Of a stretch of 64,000 nucleotides of DNA, positions 53,366 through 64,000 are shown in pieces. This DNA is from the human T2T-CHM13v2.0 reference genome, Homo sapiens. Position 1 is the first letter of the stretch; every line of letters starts with the position of its first letter. Made by a program: the position numbers and the translations under genes. The stretch is from assembly GCF_009914755.1 (NCBI RefSeq), contig NC_060940.1. One strand, given 5' to 3'. The notes beneath the pieces are model-generated. The model was not told the origin of the DNA and made no database searches. It saw only the letters and a program-made list of their open reading frames with translations.

Positions 53366-54050
53366 AAACAACAAAAAAAACAAACAACAACAAAAACACA
53401 TTTATTGAGAGAGCATTTAGTGTGCCACAAACTGTGCAGGTGTTTCGTTCAACCACCTCTATAACCCTAGCAGTTATCTATTATTATCCCCAATTCAGCA
53501 TGTGGAAACTGAGGCTCAGACAGTTCAAGTCAGCCACCCAAGGAGGTAAGTGGCACCACAAAACCTGAACCCAGGTCTGGTTCACATCGTGCCTAGCTCT
53601 TAACCACTCTGCCGATGCCCCAACGCCTACATCCTCAGTGTCTGAATTGAAAAATATGAGAAAATGAGAAACAAATGCAGGTTTTGGTGGTATCGGGCCT
53701 GGCATTCGAATCCCAGCTCTGCCACTTACAGCTGTGCAAGTTTGGATGAGTGACTCCATCTTTCTGAGCCTCAGATCTCTCTTCTGTAAAATGGGGATCA
53801 CCAGGCGATTGTTTCTGTCTCAGGGCCTTTGAACCTGCTCTTCTGTCTCTGGGACAGTGTCCTCCCTGACCCCCACATCTGCACAGCTCGCTCCCTCACC
53901 TTTCGGTTTGCTCAAACGTGGTCTTCGCAAACCCCTTCCTGGCTACCCTATTTAAAATCCTGCACCACCATTCCGTAGTCCCTATTCACTACTTGTACTT
54001 TATTTTCCTCCTTAGCACTGACACTGTCCGACATACTCTAATTTTTAAAA

Positions 54051-54130
54051 TTAGATTTGTGCAAAAGTAATTGCGGTTTTTACCATCAAAAGGAATGGCA
54101 AAAACCGCAATTGCTTTTGTACCAACCTAA
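54051..54130. mobile_element. MADE1 (Hsmar1 mariner MITE)
   Basis: 80-bp palindrome ttagatttgtgcaaaagtaattgcggttttt...aaaaaccgcaattgcttttgtaccaacctaa. Confidence 0.9.
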
Positions 54131-54574
54131 TAGTTCTTTGTTTGTTATCCCTCTTTTCACAAGGTTGCCATTTCCAGAAGGCAGGGGTTTCTGTCTCTTT
54201 CATTCACTGCTGTATCCTCAGTGCCTAGAACTGTGCTGGGTACAGAGTAGGAATAGAATCATTTTTTGCTAAATGAAGGGATGAATGAAAGATACCTACT
54301 TTATTGCTTTTTGCGGGGCTTAAATGAGATAATGTCTAGTAAGCCCACACTGAAGTTCAACAGTTAAGAAAGAGCTCAACCAGTGGTAGTGGTTTACTAT
54401 CATCGTCATCACCACCACCACCTTCATAATCCTCTTCATCTTTATTACTGGAAGTGTATAAGGTGAGCTGTGGATTCTCAGGCAGAAACCCTGAAATGAA
54501 AGGATCAGTGCTCCCATCTTGGCATGTCCTAGACTTCCTTGATTCTCTCCTTACATTAAAGATGTTGCTTGTGA

Positions 54575-54868
<294 letters not shown>

Positions 54869-55850
54869 CCAAAAGTTGTTGCTGTGATTTACCACATTGC
54901 ACAATAGGAGGTTGGGCCCTTTCTAGCTAAGGATTATTTATCAAAACCAAGATAAAAACTGAAACAAGAAAAATAAAATAAAATTAATAGCTAACATACA
55001 AGCGTCATTACCCAATAAAAGCTGACACCACCTCAAATTCTGATGGACATAGTGGATTGGAAGAAGTATGAACTTTGAGAGAAAATCTTTCCAAACATGA
55101 TGGCAGAATGATAGAAAGGAGTCCACAGCAATGGAAAGGCTGGGGAAAGTAGGTCTAGTATTACACTCCAGCCCCCAATATAGAGATGTGGAAAAAGAGG
55201 CCTAGAGAGGGAAAGTCACCTGCCTGTGTACAAGATAGAACTGTTAGGTTTCTATTAAGAATTTTTCAGCACTCAAGAAAATAAACAGATATATTCATTT
55301 GGAAAGAAAAAAGAGGTGAACGGTCTTCAGGTGTAATTCTTGCTTGACGCCTCTTCAGCTGCTTATTCCCCTCAATTAGTATCTTATTTTTCATTCATTC
55401 ATTCATTCAATGACTATTTACTGATACCTACTAGGCAGCAGGTCCTGATATTGGCACTGGGAAGACGGACAAGACTATCATCTAGCCTATGATCTAGAAG
55501 AGTCCACAATCTACTAGGAAAGACAGGCAAAACAAACCTAAAATAATAAGCAATAGCAATGAGCTATGACACCCATGAAAGAGAATGTTAAATGGGACTT
55601 CCTCTGTTGTCTCAGAATCTTGGCTGAAGCTCCAAGTGGAGACCAGGGTAACAGATAACCACCGTTTAATGAGAGGGTGTTACATGACATGCTCAGAAGT
55701 AATCCCAACTTGACTTTGGAGCTTCACTCACCTCCAGCCTGTGTATGACAAAAGGCTGCTGATAAAGCCAGCAGGTGGGCTTGATGGAAGGGAATTGTAA
55801 CTGCTCAGTGGGTTCGCCTTGCCCACTGCCTAGACAGAGCCGATTTATGA

Positions 55851-56124
<274 letters not shown>

Positions 56125-56299
56125 CCAGGGACTTTCTTATAGAAGCCTCCCTGATACCCTCAGTCCCCTGAGTCTTGATTAGTCCCCCCAGTCTATGTCT
56201 TAAATGTATCCTTTTCTTCATGGCATTACAATTGTACATTTATTTGCATTATTCTGTGATAAATAATAATGACCTTCCTACTAGACTAAACTCCACAAG

Positions 56300-56713
56300 G
56301 ATTTGGGCTGAAATGTGTTTCCCCAAATTCTTATGTTGAAGTCCTAACCCCAGATACCCCAGTTCCTCCCAGTACCTCAGATTGTGACTGTCTTTGGAGA
56401 CAAGGTTTTTAAAGAGGTGATTAAGTTAAAGTGAGGTCATGAGGGTGGGCCCTAATCCAATCTGACATGATAGGTGTCCTTAGAAGAAGAGGAGATTGGG
56501 CCCCAGACACACATGCACAGAAGAAAGACCATGTGAAGACAGAGGGAGAAGTCAGAGATCTACAAACCAAGGAAACATCCTCAGAATGAAACCAACCTTG
56601 CCAATCCCTGATCCTAGACCTCCAGCCTCCACAACGGTGAGGACATTAATTTCTGTTGTTTAAATGGCCCAGTCTGTTGTACTGTGTTATGGCAGCCCCA
56701 GAAAACTCACATA
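56300..56713 (+). mobile_element. MLT1B-type LTR
   Basis: gttgaagtcctaacccc...gagggtgggccctaatccaat...gttatggcagcccc. Confidence 0.75.
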
Positions 56714-56951
56714 GGTAGGGACTAGGCTGGCTTTGGTGTATCACTGCAGTCTCAGAGCTCAGTACTGAGTAGGTGCTCACTGAATTTTCCCTGGAGGGTG
56801 TGGAGGTGCTGGGGGTGGGGTCAGCAGCACTGGGATTGCTTCAGTTTCCATCTGCTGCTTTTCCTCCAGGGTTGCTCCCAGAACCACCCTTTCCTGTTTG
56901 CAGGCCTGAGCTGTGGCTGCACGTCTTTATGCCCCTCCTGGATAAGACATT

Positions 56952-57455
56952 GTGACGGTTAATGTTAGGTGTCAACTTGACTGGGTTAAGAGTCCCCAGA
57001 TAGCTGTGAACATTACTTCTGGGTGTCTCTGGGAGGTGTTTCCAGGTGATATTAGAGATAGAGCCATAGACTAAGAAAATCTGCCCTCACCCACGTGGGC
57101 AGGCATCATCCAATCCATTAGGGCATGAAGAGGAGAAAAAGGAGAAAAGAGGAATTTGCTCCTTCCTTTTGGGCTAGAACATCTGTGTTTTCTTGTCCTC
57201 AGGCGGTGAAGCTCCTGGTTCTCGATACTTTGCACTCGGACAGGGAGTTATAACATTGGCTCTTCTGGTTTTCAGGCCTTTGGACTCAGATGGAATTATA
57301 CCACGGGGTTTCCTGGATCTCCAGCATGCAGATGGTAGATTGTGGAACTTCTCAGCCTCCAAAATCGAGTGAGCCAATTCCCATCATAAATCCCCTCTCC
57401 TATGTCTATATATGTCCTATTGCTTCTCCTTCTCTGGAGAATGCTGACTAATACA
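56952..57455 (+). mobile_element. MLT2-type LTR
   Basis: tgtgacggttaatgttaggtgtcaacttgactggg...ctctggagaatgctgactaataca. Confidence 0.75.
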
Positions 57456-58431
57456 GACATAATACAGCAGTCTTTGGGGTTGATGTATGAGTATGTGGAG
57501 GAAGAACTAGACATGAAGCAGAGTATGCTTTCTTTAACATAACTTTTTCATTAAAATAGTTATATGTGCTTAGTACAAAAACTTGGAAAATACAGAAATG
57601 TAGTGAAAAAGGAAGAAGAAAAACTACCATGCATTATTTTCTCTCCCTCCCTCCTCAATCTCCAGGAAAATTACAATTAACTACAGTTTTCCCTTTATTT
57701 TTCAGAGTTGGGATTCTCCAGTATGCAAATATTTTTATTCTGATTTTTAAAATTAATATAGCTTACACTTTTCCCAAGACATACTAAACTGCTCTCAAAT
57801 ATTTTAGTGGCCACATCATATGTTATTGAGTTAATCTACTACAATTTTGTTAATCATTTCCTTGTTGTTTGGATGTTAATTGTTAATTTTTTTTTTTTTT
57901 TAGTTTTAATGCTGTGTGATCATCTTAGTGCACCACACATTTTCTGCATTTTGATTTTTTCTTTTGTGGTGACTCCCAAAGGTAGAATTTCTGAGCTAAA
58001 GGATATTTTATTTTACGTTCCTGCATATTTTTACCAAATGGTTGCATACAAAGGATGAAAGCTTTACATTCCCACTGGCAGAGAATGAGTACCCACAAGT
58101 GCCCCAAGTCTATGGTAACCTGTCCTGTGGAGGGAAATCTGAAAGCTCTTAGTGAGACCAGTGGGCAGATGCTGAGCCTGCCCCCAGACAGAGGGAGAAG
58201 TCGAACCACCAAGCATTTGCTAGGCGGCGCAGCATCTATGTGGTCAGGGCCAGTGATATTCTTTTGCTCTTTCCGGCATTGCCCAGTGATCCTGGGGATG
58301 CCATTTGGAAGCTGCACACCTTTGACATCTTTAGGGTTGAAGAGATGATGCTCCCCATGGGGGCTGACCAGTGATCCATTAGTTTCTCGTGGACTCTTAG
58401 GAGGTCTACGGGGCCTTCCTGGGGTTGCACC

Positions 58432-58515
58432 TCATTTCCCCCACTCCTGACTTCGCAATTTACTCCTTTGGATCTTTCCAGAAACCGTCTTTGGCAGTTC
58501 TGAAACAAAGGCCAC
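58432..58515 (-). pseudogene. ACSM5P1: ACSM5P1 last exon (VAFVSELPKTVSGKIQRSKLRSQEWGK*)
   Basis: tag|GTGGCC; TGA at 58434-58432. Confidence 0.88.
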
Positions 58516-58939
58516 CTAGTGACCAAACACAAAACAAAAAACACTTGGAAATCATCATTTCTCAAAAAGACTTTTGTTTTGAAAGAGACAATACTGTCTG
58601 CCTGTCCTTGGAAAGCGTCCCTGATTCAGGGTTTCCCCCTAAATGGCCAGAAGCAAAACAGCTGGAGCCTGGAGCACAGGATCATTTTGACAGCATTTGA
58701 GCACTACCTCTTGTATCTGATTTGTGGTAGGGATCAGGCTGTTCTTAGAGCAGGAACAAAATGTGCTTTGAGGAGAACCCAAGTGAAGAAATACAGAAAA
58801 AAGCTGAAGCAGCAGCCAGGGTTACAAGTTTCTCCATATCCCCAGTGCCTGGCACAGGGCCTGGCTCTGAGTGGGAGCCCAGGCAGAGCGTGCCCATCTG
58901 ATTGCCAGATCACTGTGCCCTGGAAACCCTGATGTTTAC

Positions 58940-59059
58940 CTTCCTGGGGTATTTGTATGGAGCAGTCACCCTTTTCACATGCTCCTGGAGTTCCCGCATT
59001 AGTGCCTCTGGGTCATGAGAGGAGTAGGCTGGAGTAAGGACTATAAATGCCTTTACCAC
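58940..59059 (-). pseudogene. ACSM5P1: ACSM5P1 exon ([40 protein letters not shown])
   Basis: cag|GTGGTA ... AAG|gtaaac; 120 nt. Confidence 0.88.
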
Positions 59060-59879
59060 CTGCAGGAAAACAAAATACCCAGAAAAGATCAGGCCTCGTA
59101 TAACAACTCTTTTCTCCTTAAGTGAGCCTTGAATAAGTGCCTACATTTACCTTTGCAGCATGAAAGTTCTACTAGTTTTTTTTGGGCACAGCCAGTGACA
59201 CAAACAACATCAATTTTTCTTTTGCTGGCCCTTCCAGGTGTGACTATTAGGAGGATTGACCTTTCTGGGATGATTTCAAACTCCTACCTATTTCTCAAAT
59301 TACTCCCCATACTTGGAATGACACCATTTGAAGCCAACATCGCTTCTCTTAAGAAGCAAATATTTTGGAGAAAAGAGGTTCATAAATTCCTAGGGCCATT
59401 TTCTTCCAGATTTTCCTAATGAGAAAGGTAGGTAGGCATGAGTTTGAACAGGTGGGATTGAGGAAAATGCAGGCACTTGCAAGGGGAACTAGGTCTTTGG
59501 GGGTCTGCGTGGATGAACATTTGCAATCAGCAGACCCTGAACTGCACCACTTCTGTTCCAGACATCCCGAGGGACACTCTGAACCTTGGGTCTCTCTGCC
59601 CACAACTTTCCTGCAGGCTGTCTTATGCCAGGCAGGAGGAAGTGTCCCAGACTCAAGCACAACAAACATAGTTTCTGTTAGGAATGGAAGGTCACTTGGA
59701 TGCTTATTAATTCCAGCATTCCTATCTGTTAACAGTATTCTATTAAAGGGGTAGCTCACTGTCCTTGCATACTTCCCACAGGGAGGAAGGCCACTATCAT
59801 TTCATGTTCAGACAGATATGCTTTTAGAAAGAGCTTCCTCTTACTCTTACTACTGTAACTACGAAACATTTGTTGGACA

Positions 59880-60176
59880 CTTTTTTTTTTTTTTTGAGAC
59901 AGAGTCTCACCCTGTCGCCCAGGCTGGAGCTCAGTGAGGTGATCTCGGCTTACTGCAAGCTCTGCCTCCTGGGTTCACGCCATTCTCCTGCCTCAGCCTC
60001 CTGAGTAGCTGGGACTATAGGCGCCCACCGCCACGCCAGGCTAATTTTTAGTATTTTTAGTAGAGATGGGGTTTCACCGTGTTAGCCAGGATGGCCTCGA
60101 TCTCCTGACCTCGTGATCCACCCGCCTCGGCCTCCCAAAGTGCTGGGATTACAGACGTGAGCCACCGTGTCCGGCT
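59880..60176 (-). mobile_element. AluY-like
   Basis: gcaagctc, gggttcacgccattctcc and gtgttagccaggatgg diagnostics; flanking tgttgg(a/g)cact TSD. Confidence 0.88.
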
Positions 60177-60721
60177 TATGTGTTGGGCACTTTCTACACA
60201 CCAGACTCAGTTCTAAGCACTATACATGGATTAAGTTTGAGCACACAGCCATTTGTCACAGTCCCAGTTAACTCACGGCATGCAGAACTAGGCATACGTT
60301 TGAGGTAGATTTCTTCAGCACATCAATGGGACTCCACACCTCCCTTATTATACATTAATGGCTTTGGATTTTAGAGGGGAATCACTTGGCCAAGAATGGC
60401 TGGCTAAAATGCAGATTCTCTGGGCTGCATTCCCAGTCATCATGATTTGGTAAGTCTGACTTTAGGTCTACAAATCTATATTTTAAACAAGAATCTCTCA
60501 GATGATACAGTTGCAAGCAGCCCACGAACCAGACTTTGAGAATCTCTCCTGCGGTCCTGGTGCTTCTGAGAATGCAGGCTGATGTTGCACTAACTTTCAA
60601 AAGGTAACCGTTGTGCTTTAGGATTATGTTGGATGTAAGCCAGTGAAAAGTACCTAAGTCTGCCTGGAACCTGATCTTTCCCATAATATGCATTCTTCTG
60701 GGACCCACAGAAAGACCTCCT

Positions 60722-61032
60722 GGCCGGGCACGGTGACTCACACCTGTAATCCCAGCACTTTGGGAGGCCGGGGTGGGTGGATCACCTGAGGTCAGGAGTT
60801 TAAGACCTCCAGCCTGGCCAACAAGGCAAAACCCTGTCTCTACTAAAAATACAAAAATTAGCCAGGTGTGGTGACATGTGCCTGTAATCCCAGCTACTGG
60901 TGGGGGGGGCGCTGAGGCAGGAAGATCAGAAGATCACTTGAACCTGGGAGGCGGAGGTTGCAGTGAGCCAAGATCATGCCACTGCACTTCAGCCTGGACA
61001 ACACAGCAAGACTCCATCTCAAAAAAAAAAAA
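60722..61032 (+). mobile_element. AluS
   Basis: Full dimer with small insertions. Confidence 0.88.
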
Positions 61033-61494
61033 GGATTTCTCCTATGAAAGCCCAGCTTATTAAATTTGGCCCATCTTTCTGGTATATGTAGGTCATTTTG
61101 GATACATATTCTATCCCTCTTAGGTTACAGCCATCAGCAACTATTACTGGTGTGCTTGCTATGTCCTCATCTGCAAATAGAAAAGACTTTTTATTAGACA
61201 GGATGGATAACAGAGCCTGCACCTCCCCCTAAGATCTCCTGCCCCATAGCCAGCCTCTCTGGGATGTAGTTGTGTCCATTTAAAAGCAAAGTGTTGGTGT
61301 TTTCCCATTATGTCCCTTTAGAGAGTAATCGTATCTCTAAAGACATGAAGGCAACGTGTGTCTGATGGTGGCATTTCAACTTTGTGGCACATGGATGGAG
61401 GTGAAATACAGGACAATCTGAGCCTTCCTGCTTGTTCTGCTGGGTGCTAATAGGTACAGAAGCAGGAGGCCATGTTCTTGGGTGCACTGGTTAC

Positions 61495-61594
61495 CTCTCC
61501 CCTGATGGGGTCTGGGCTGCTGACCACAGCCGACTCCAGGACAGCAGGATGCTCTGCCAGGGCACTTTCTACTTCAACAGGCCCGATCTGGTAG
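61495..61594 (-). pseudogene. ACSM5P1: ACSM5P1 exon ([33 protein letters not shown])
   Basis: 100 nt; YRIG changed to YQIG. Confidence 0.88.
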
Positions 61595-61682
61595 CTGGAA
61601 GGGAAAAACAAACTCTTCCAAGTGGGCTTCCGTCAACCCCCATGAAACTTCAAAGGGAGGAGGAAAGTGCAGACAGCTTGAC

Positions 61683-61810
61683 CTTGAAGAATTGATCACA
61701 TCGTCGTTTCTTCCCATGAACCAAAAGTAGCCTTCCTTGTCCATGCGAGCTCGCTCCCCTGTGATATAAAAGCCCCCTTGTTCTGATGCAGCTGTCTTCT
61801 CAGGATTGTC
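61683..61810 (-). pseudogene. ACSM5P1: ACSM5P1 exon ([42 protein letters not shown])
   Basis: 128 nt; TGD changed to TGE. Confidence 0.88.
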
Positions 61811-62192
61811 CTGAAAGACAAAGACAACCCGTGAAGGACCCTCTGGGAACAACCGCTAAGGCCAGTTACTGCCCCAGTAGCCCCCTGTAGGAAGCTGGAG
61901 ACCACTCAACAGAAAGTTCAGCAGTTCCTAAAGTCCCAGCTGCCCAGAGTTCCCCAATGGACAGGGAGCTATGGCCCTGTTTAGTTGTGGGATTTCCCTC
62001 TTTTGATTGGAATCAAGCTGCCAGCCAATGGTTAAGGGCAGCCACCCACCACCATCCTTAGAAGGGGGTCTAGAAAGCATAGTTGAAAGCAGGAGGGTGG
62101 GCACAGGGCCACTGGCTGTGGTTTTTAGGACAAGAGAACACATGAATACTCTTTGTGCTCAGGAATCACTGAGGGTAGAAAGTGAAGGGCTA

Positions 62193-62403
62193 GGCCGGGT
62201 GTGGTGGCTCATGCCTGTAATCCCAGCACTGTGGGAGGCTGAGGTGGGTGGATCACTTGAGGTTTGGAATTTGAGACCAGCTGGCCAATATAGTGAAACC
62301 CTGTCTCTATTAAAGATAAACAAATTAGCTGGGTGTGGTGGTGCATGCCTGTAATCCCAGCTACTTGGGAGGCTGAGGCAAGAGAATTGCTTAAACCTGA
62401 GAG
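62193..62403 (+). mobile_element. 3'-truncated Alu
   Basis: Stops in the right arm; no tail. Confidence 0.8.
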
Positions 62404-62572
62404 AAAGCTGTGAAGAAAAGAAAGCCCGACATAAACACCAGCCAAGATGAATACAAAAGGAAGCAGTTACTGAATTATCCCAGAAACTTGGACTGAAATC
62501 CCAGGTTTGTGCCCTGCTAGCAAACCACAAAAAGAATCCTGAAGACAGCTCTGACACAATAGTGCAGTTTGA

Positions 62573-62977
<405 letters not shown>

Positions 62978-63271
62978 TAAAACAACGGTGCTGCCCTCAT
63001 GTCATATGTTTACGCTTTCAGACACACCCACGTTTAAATCCCATGTCCTGCCTGTACTAGTTGCATGATGCTGGATAAGTCACTTCCCCTTTGTAGTAGC
63101 TTCCTTATTAATAATAGTCTTCCTTATCAATAACAGAACTTTATTAATAATAGTAGCAACCTACCTCATGCAGTCATTGTAAGGATTAAACAAATAGATA
63201 CTTACAAAGTGTGGTGCACAATGCTTAGCACACAGTCACCGTCATGAGAACAGCTGTTCCCCGTCTCTTAC

Positions 63272-63372
63272 CAAATAGCAATTGAAGAAACAGAAGGGCC
63301 GGGTGGTTCTGATACGACGGCAACATTCCCCTCTTCTCCAGGAGGCAGGACATTGCCCTCATCATCCACAAT
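63272..63372 (-). pseudogene. ACSM5P1: ACSM5P1 exon with 1-nt deletion (IVDDEGNVLPPGEEGNVAV/fs)
   Basis: 101 nt. Restoring one C near 63316 gives RIRTTRPFCFFNCYL. Confidence 0.88.
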
Positions 63373-63525
63373 CTGGTAAGGAGATCATCACAGAGGTGCA
63401 TACATGAGTGTCTACACCCTGGGCCCCTCCAGCAGCCCAGCAGCCCAGCAGCCCGTGCCAGCCAGGCCTGTGTGTCTTTCTCCTCTCCACGCCAGGCCTT
63501 GCCAGAAGTTGGGGGAGTCTGCTAC

Positions 63526-63606
63526 CTGCACATTGTAGGGTGGGGACACCTTCCCCATGGATCCAGACTTGATTTTCATGCCTTTTGGATTGGCACAGAT
63601 GACAAC
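63526..63606 (-). pseudogene. ACSM5P1: ACSM5P1 exon (VVICANPKGMKIKSGSMGKVSPPYNVQ)
   Basis: ccag|GTTGTC ... CAG|gtagca; 81 nt. Confidence 0.88.
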
Positions 63607-63649
63607 CTGGGGAGAACTCAGTACAGATAAAGAAGAGCCTTTCCACTTA

Positions 63650-64000
63650 GCTTCTTTCCTGGGCCATGCCTTTCTCTCACCCTGCCTGATAACTCTTTCT
63701 CTCATCCTCTTTTTTCTCCTCCCTCACTTTCTTCTTTCTTTCCCTTCTCCTCTCTCCATTTCTCTCCATTCTTCCTCCCTTCTTTCTTTTCTTTTTTCTT
63801 CCTTGCTCACTCCTTCCTTTCCTCTTTCTTTCCTTTCTTTCCCCTTTCCTGTTTTCTTCCTTCCCTCCTTCATTTTCTTTCCTCCTTCTTTTTTCATTCC
63901 TTAACCCGTTATTTCATTCTCCATTTTCCTCTCTCCTCCCTTCTTCTTTGTTCCCTATTTCCTTCCTTCCTTTCATCTTTTTCCTCTTCCTTCCTTCTTT
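63650..64000. repeat. CT-rich low-complexity intronic tract
   Basis: Nearly pure pyrimidine on +. Confidence 0.85.

Noticed and set aside
54051-54130. Strong hairpin as a novel ncRNA/miRNA
   Set aside because: It is explained by a MADE1 MITE. Such elements can seed miR-548-type hairpins, but there is no evidence for that here.

Overview
Human (or closely related primate) genomic DNA that I recognise as the 16p12.3 ACSM cluster. The window holds the complete ACSM2B gene (mitochondrial medium-chain/xenobiotic acyl-CoA ligase) on the minus strand. It has a non-coding exon 1 near 47.2 kb and 13 coding exons between 35709 and 8122, all GT-AG, summing to 1734 nt (577 aa + stop). Upstream on the same strand lie the last six exons of an ACSM5-like unprocessed pseudogene (most likely ACSM5P1). 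It carries a 1-nt frameshift and substitutions of two conserved ATP-binding residues. The rest is dense in retroelements: a MER52-type ERV1 LTR+gag, an MLT2A1/HERV-L remnant with a nested MER11 LTR, a near-full-length L1PB, MST/MLT1 MaLRs, Alus and a MADE1. The most unusual structures are: (i) a ~2.5 kb AT-rich quasi-palindrome in intron 1 holding six templated inserts copied from neighbouring DNA; (ii) a 180-bp copy of the intron 4/exon 5 junction inside intron 8 that would give an immediate stop; (iii) a sense MLT2A1 LTR with an intact splice donor that could be an alternative first exon; (iv) a fossil ~630-bp inversion inside an MSTA provirus. I found no convincing new protein-coding system. 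Repeat subfamily names come from recalled consensus sequences and need RepeatMasker confirmation.
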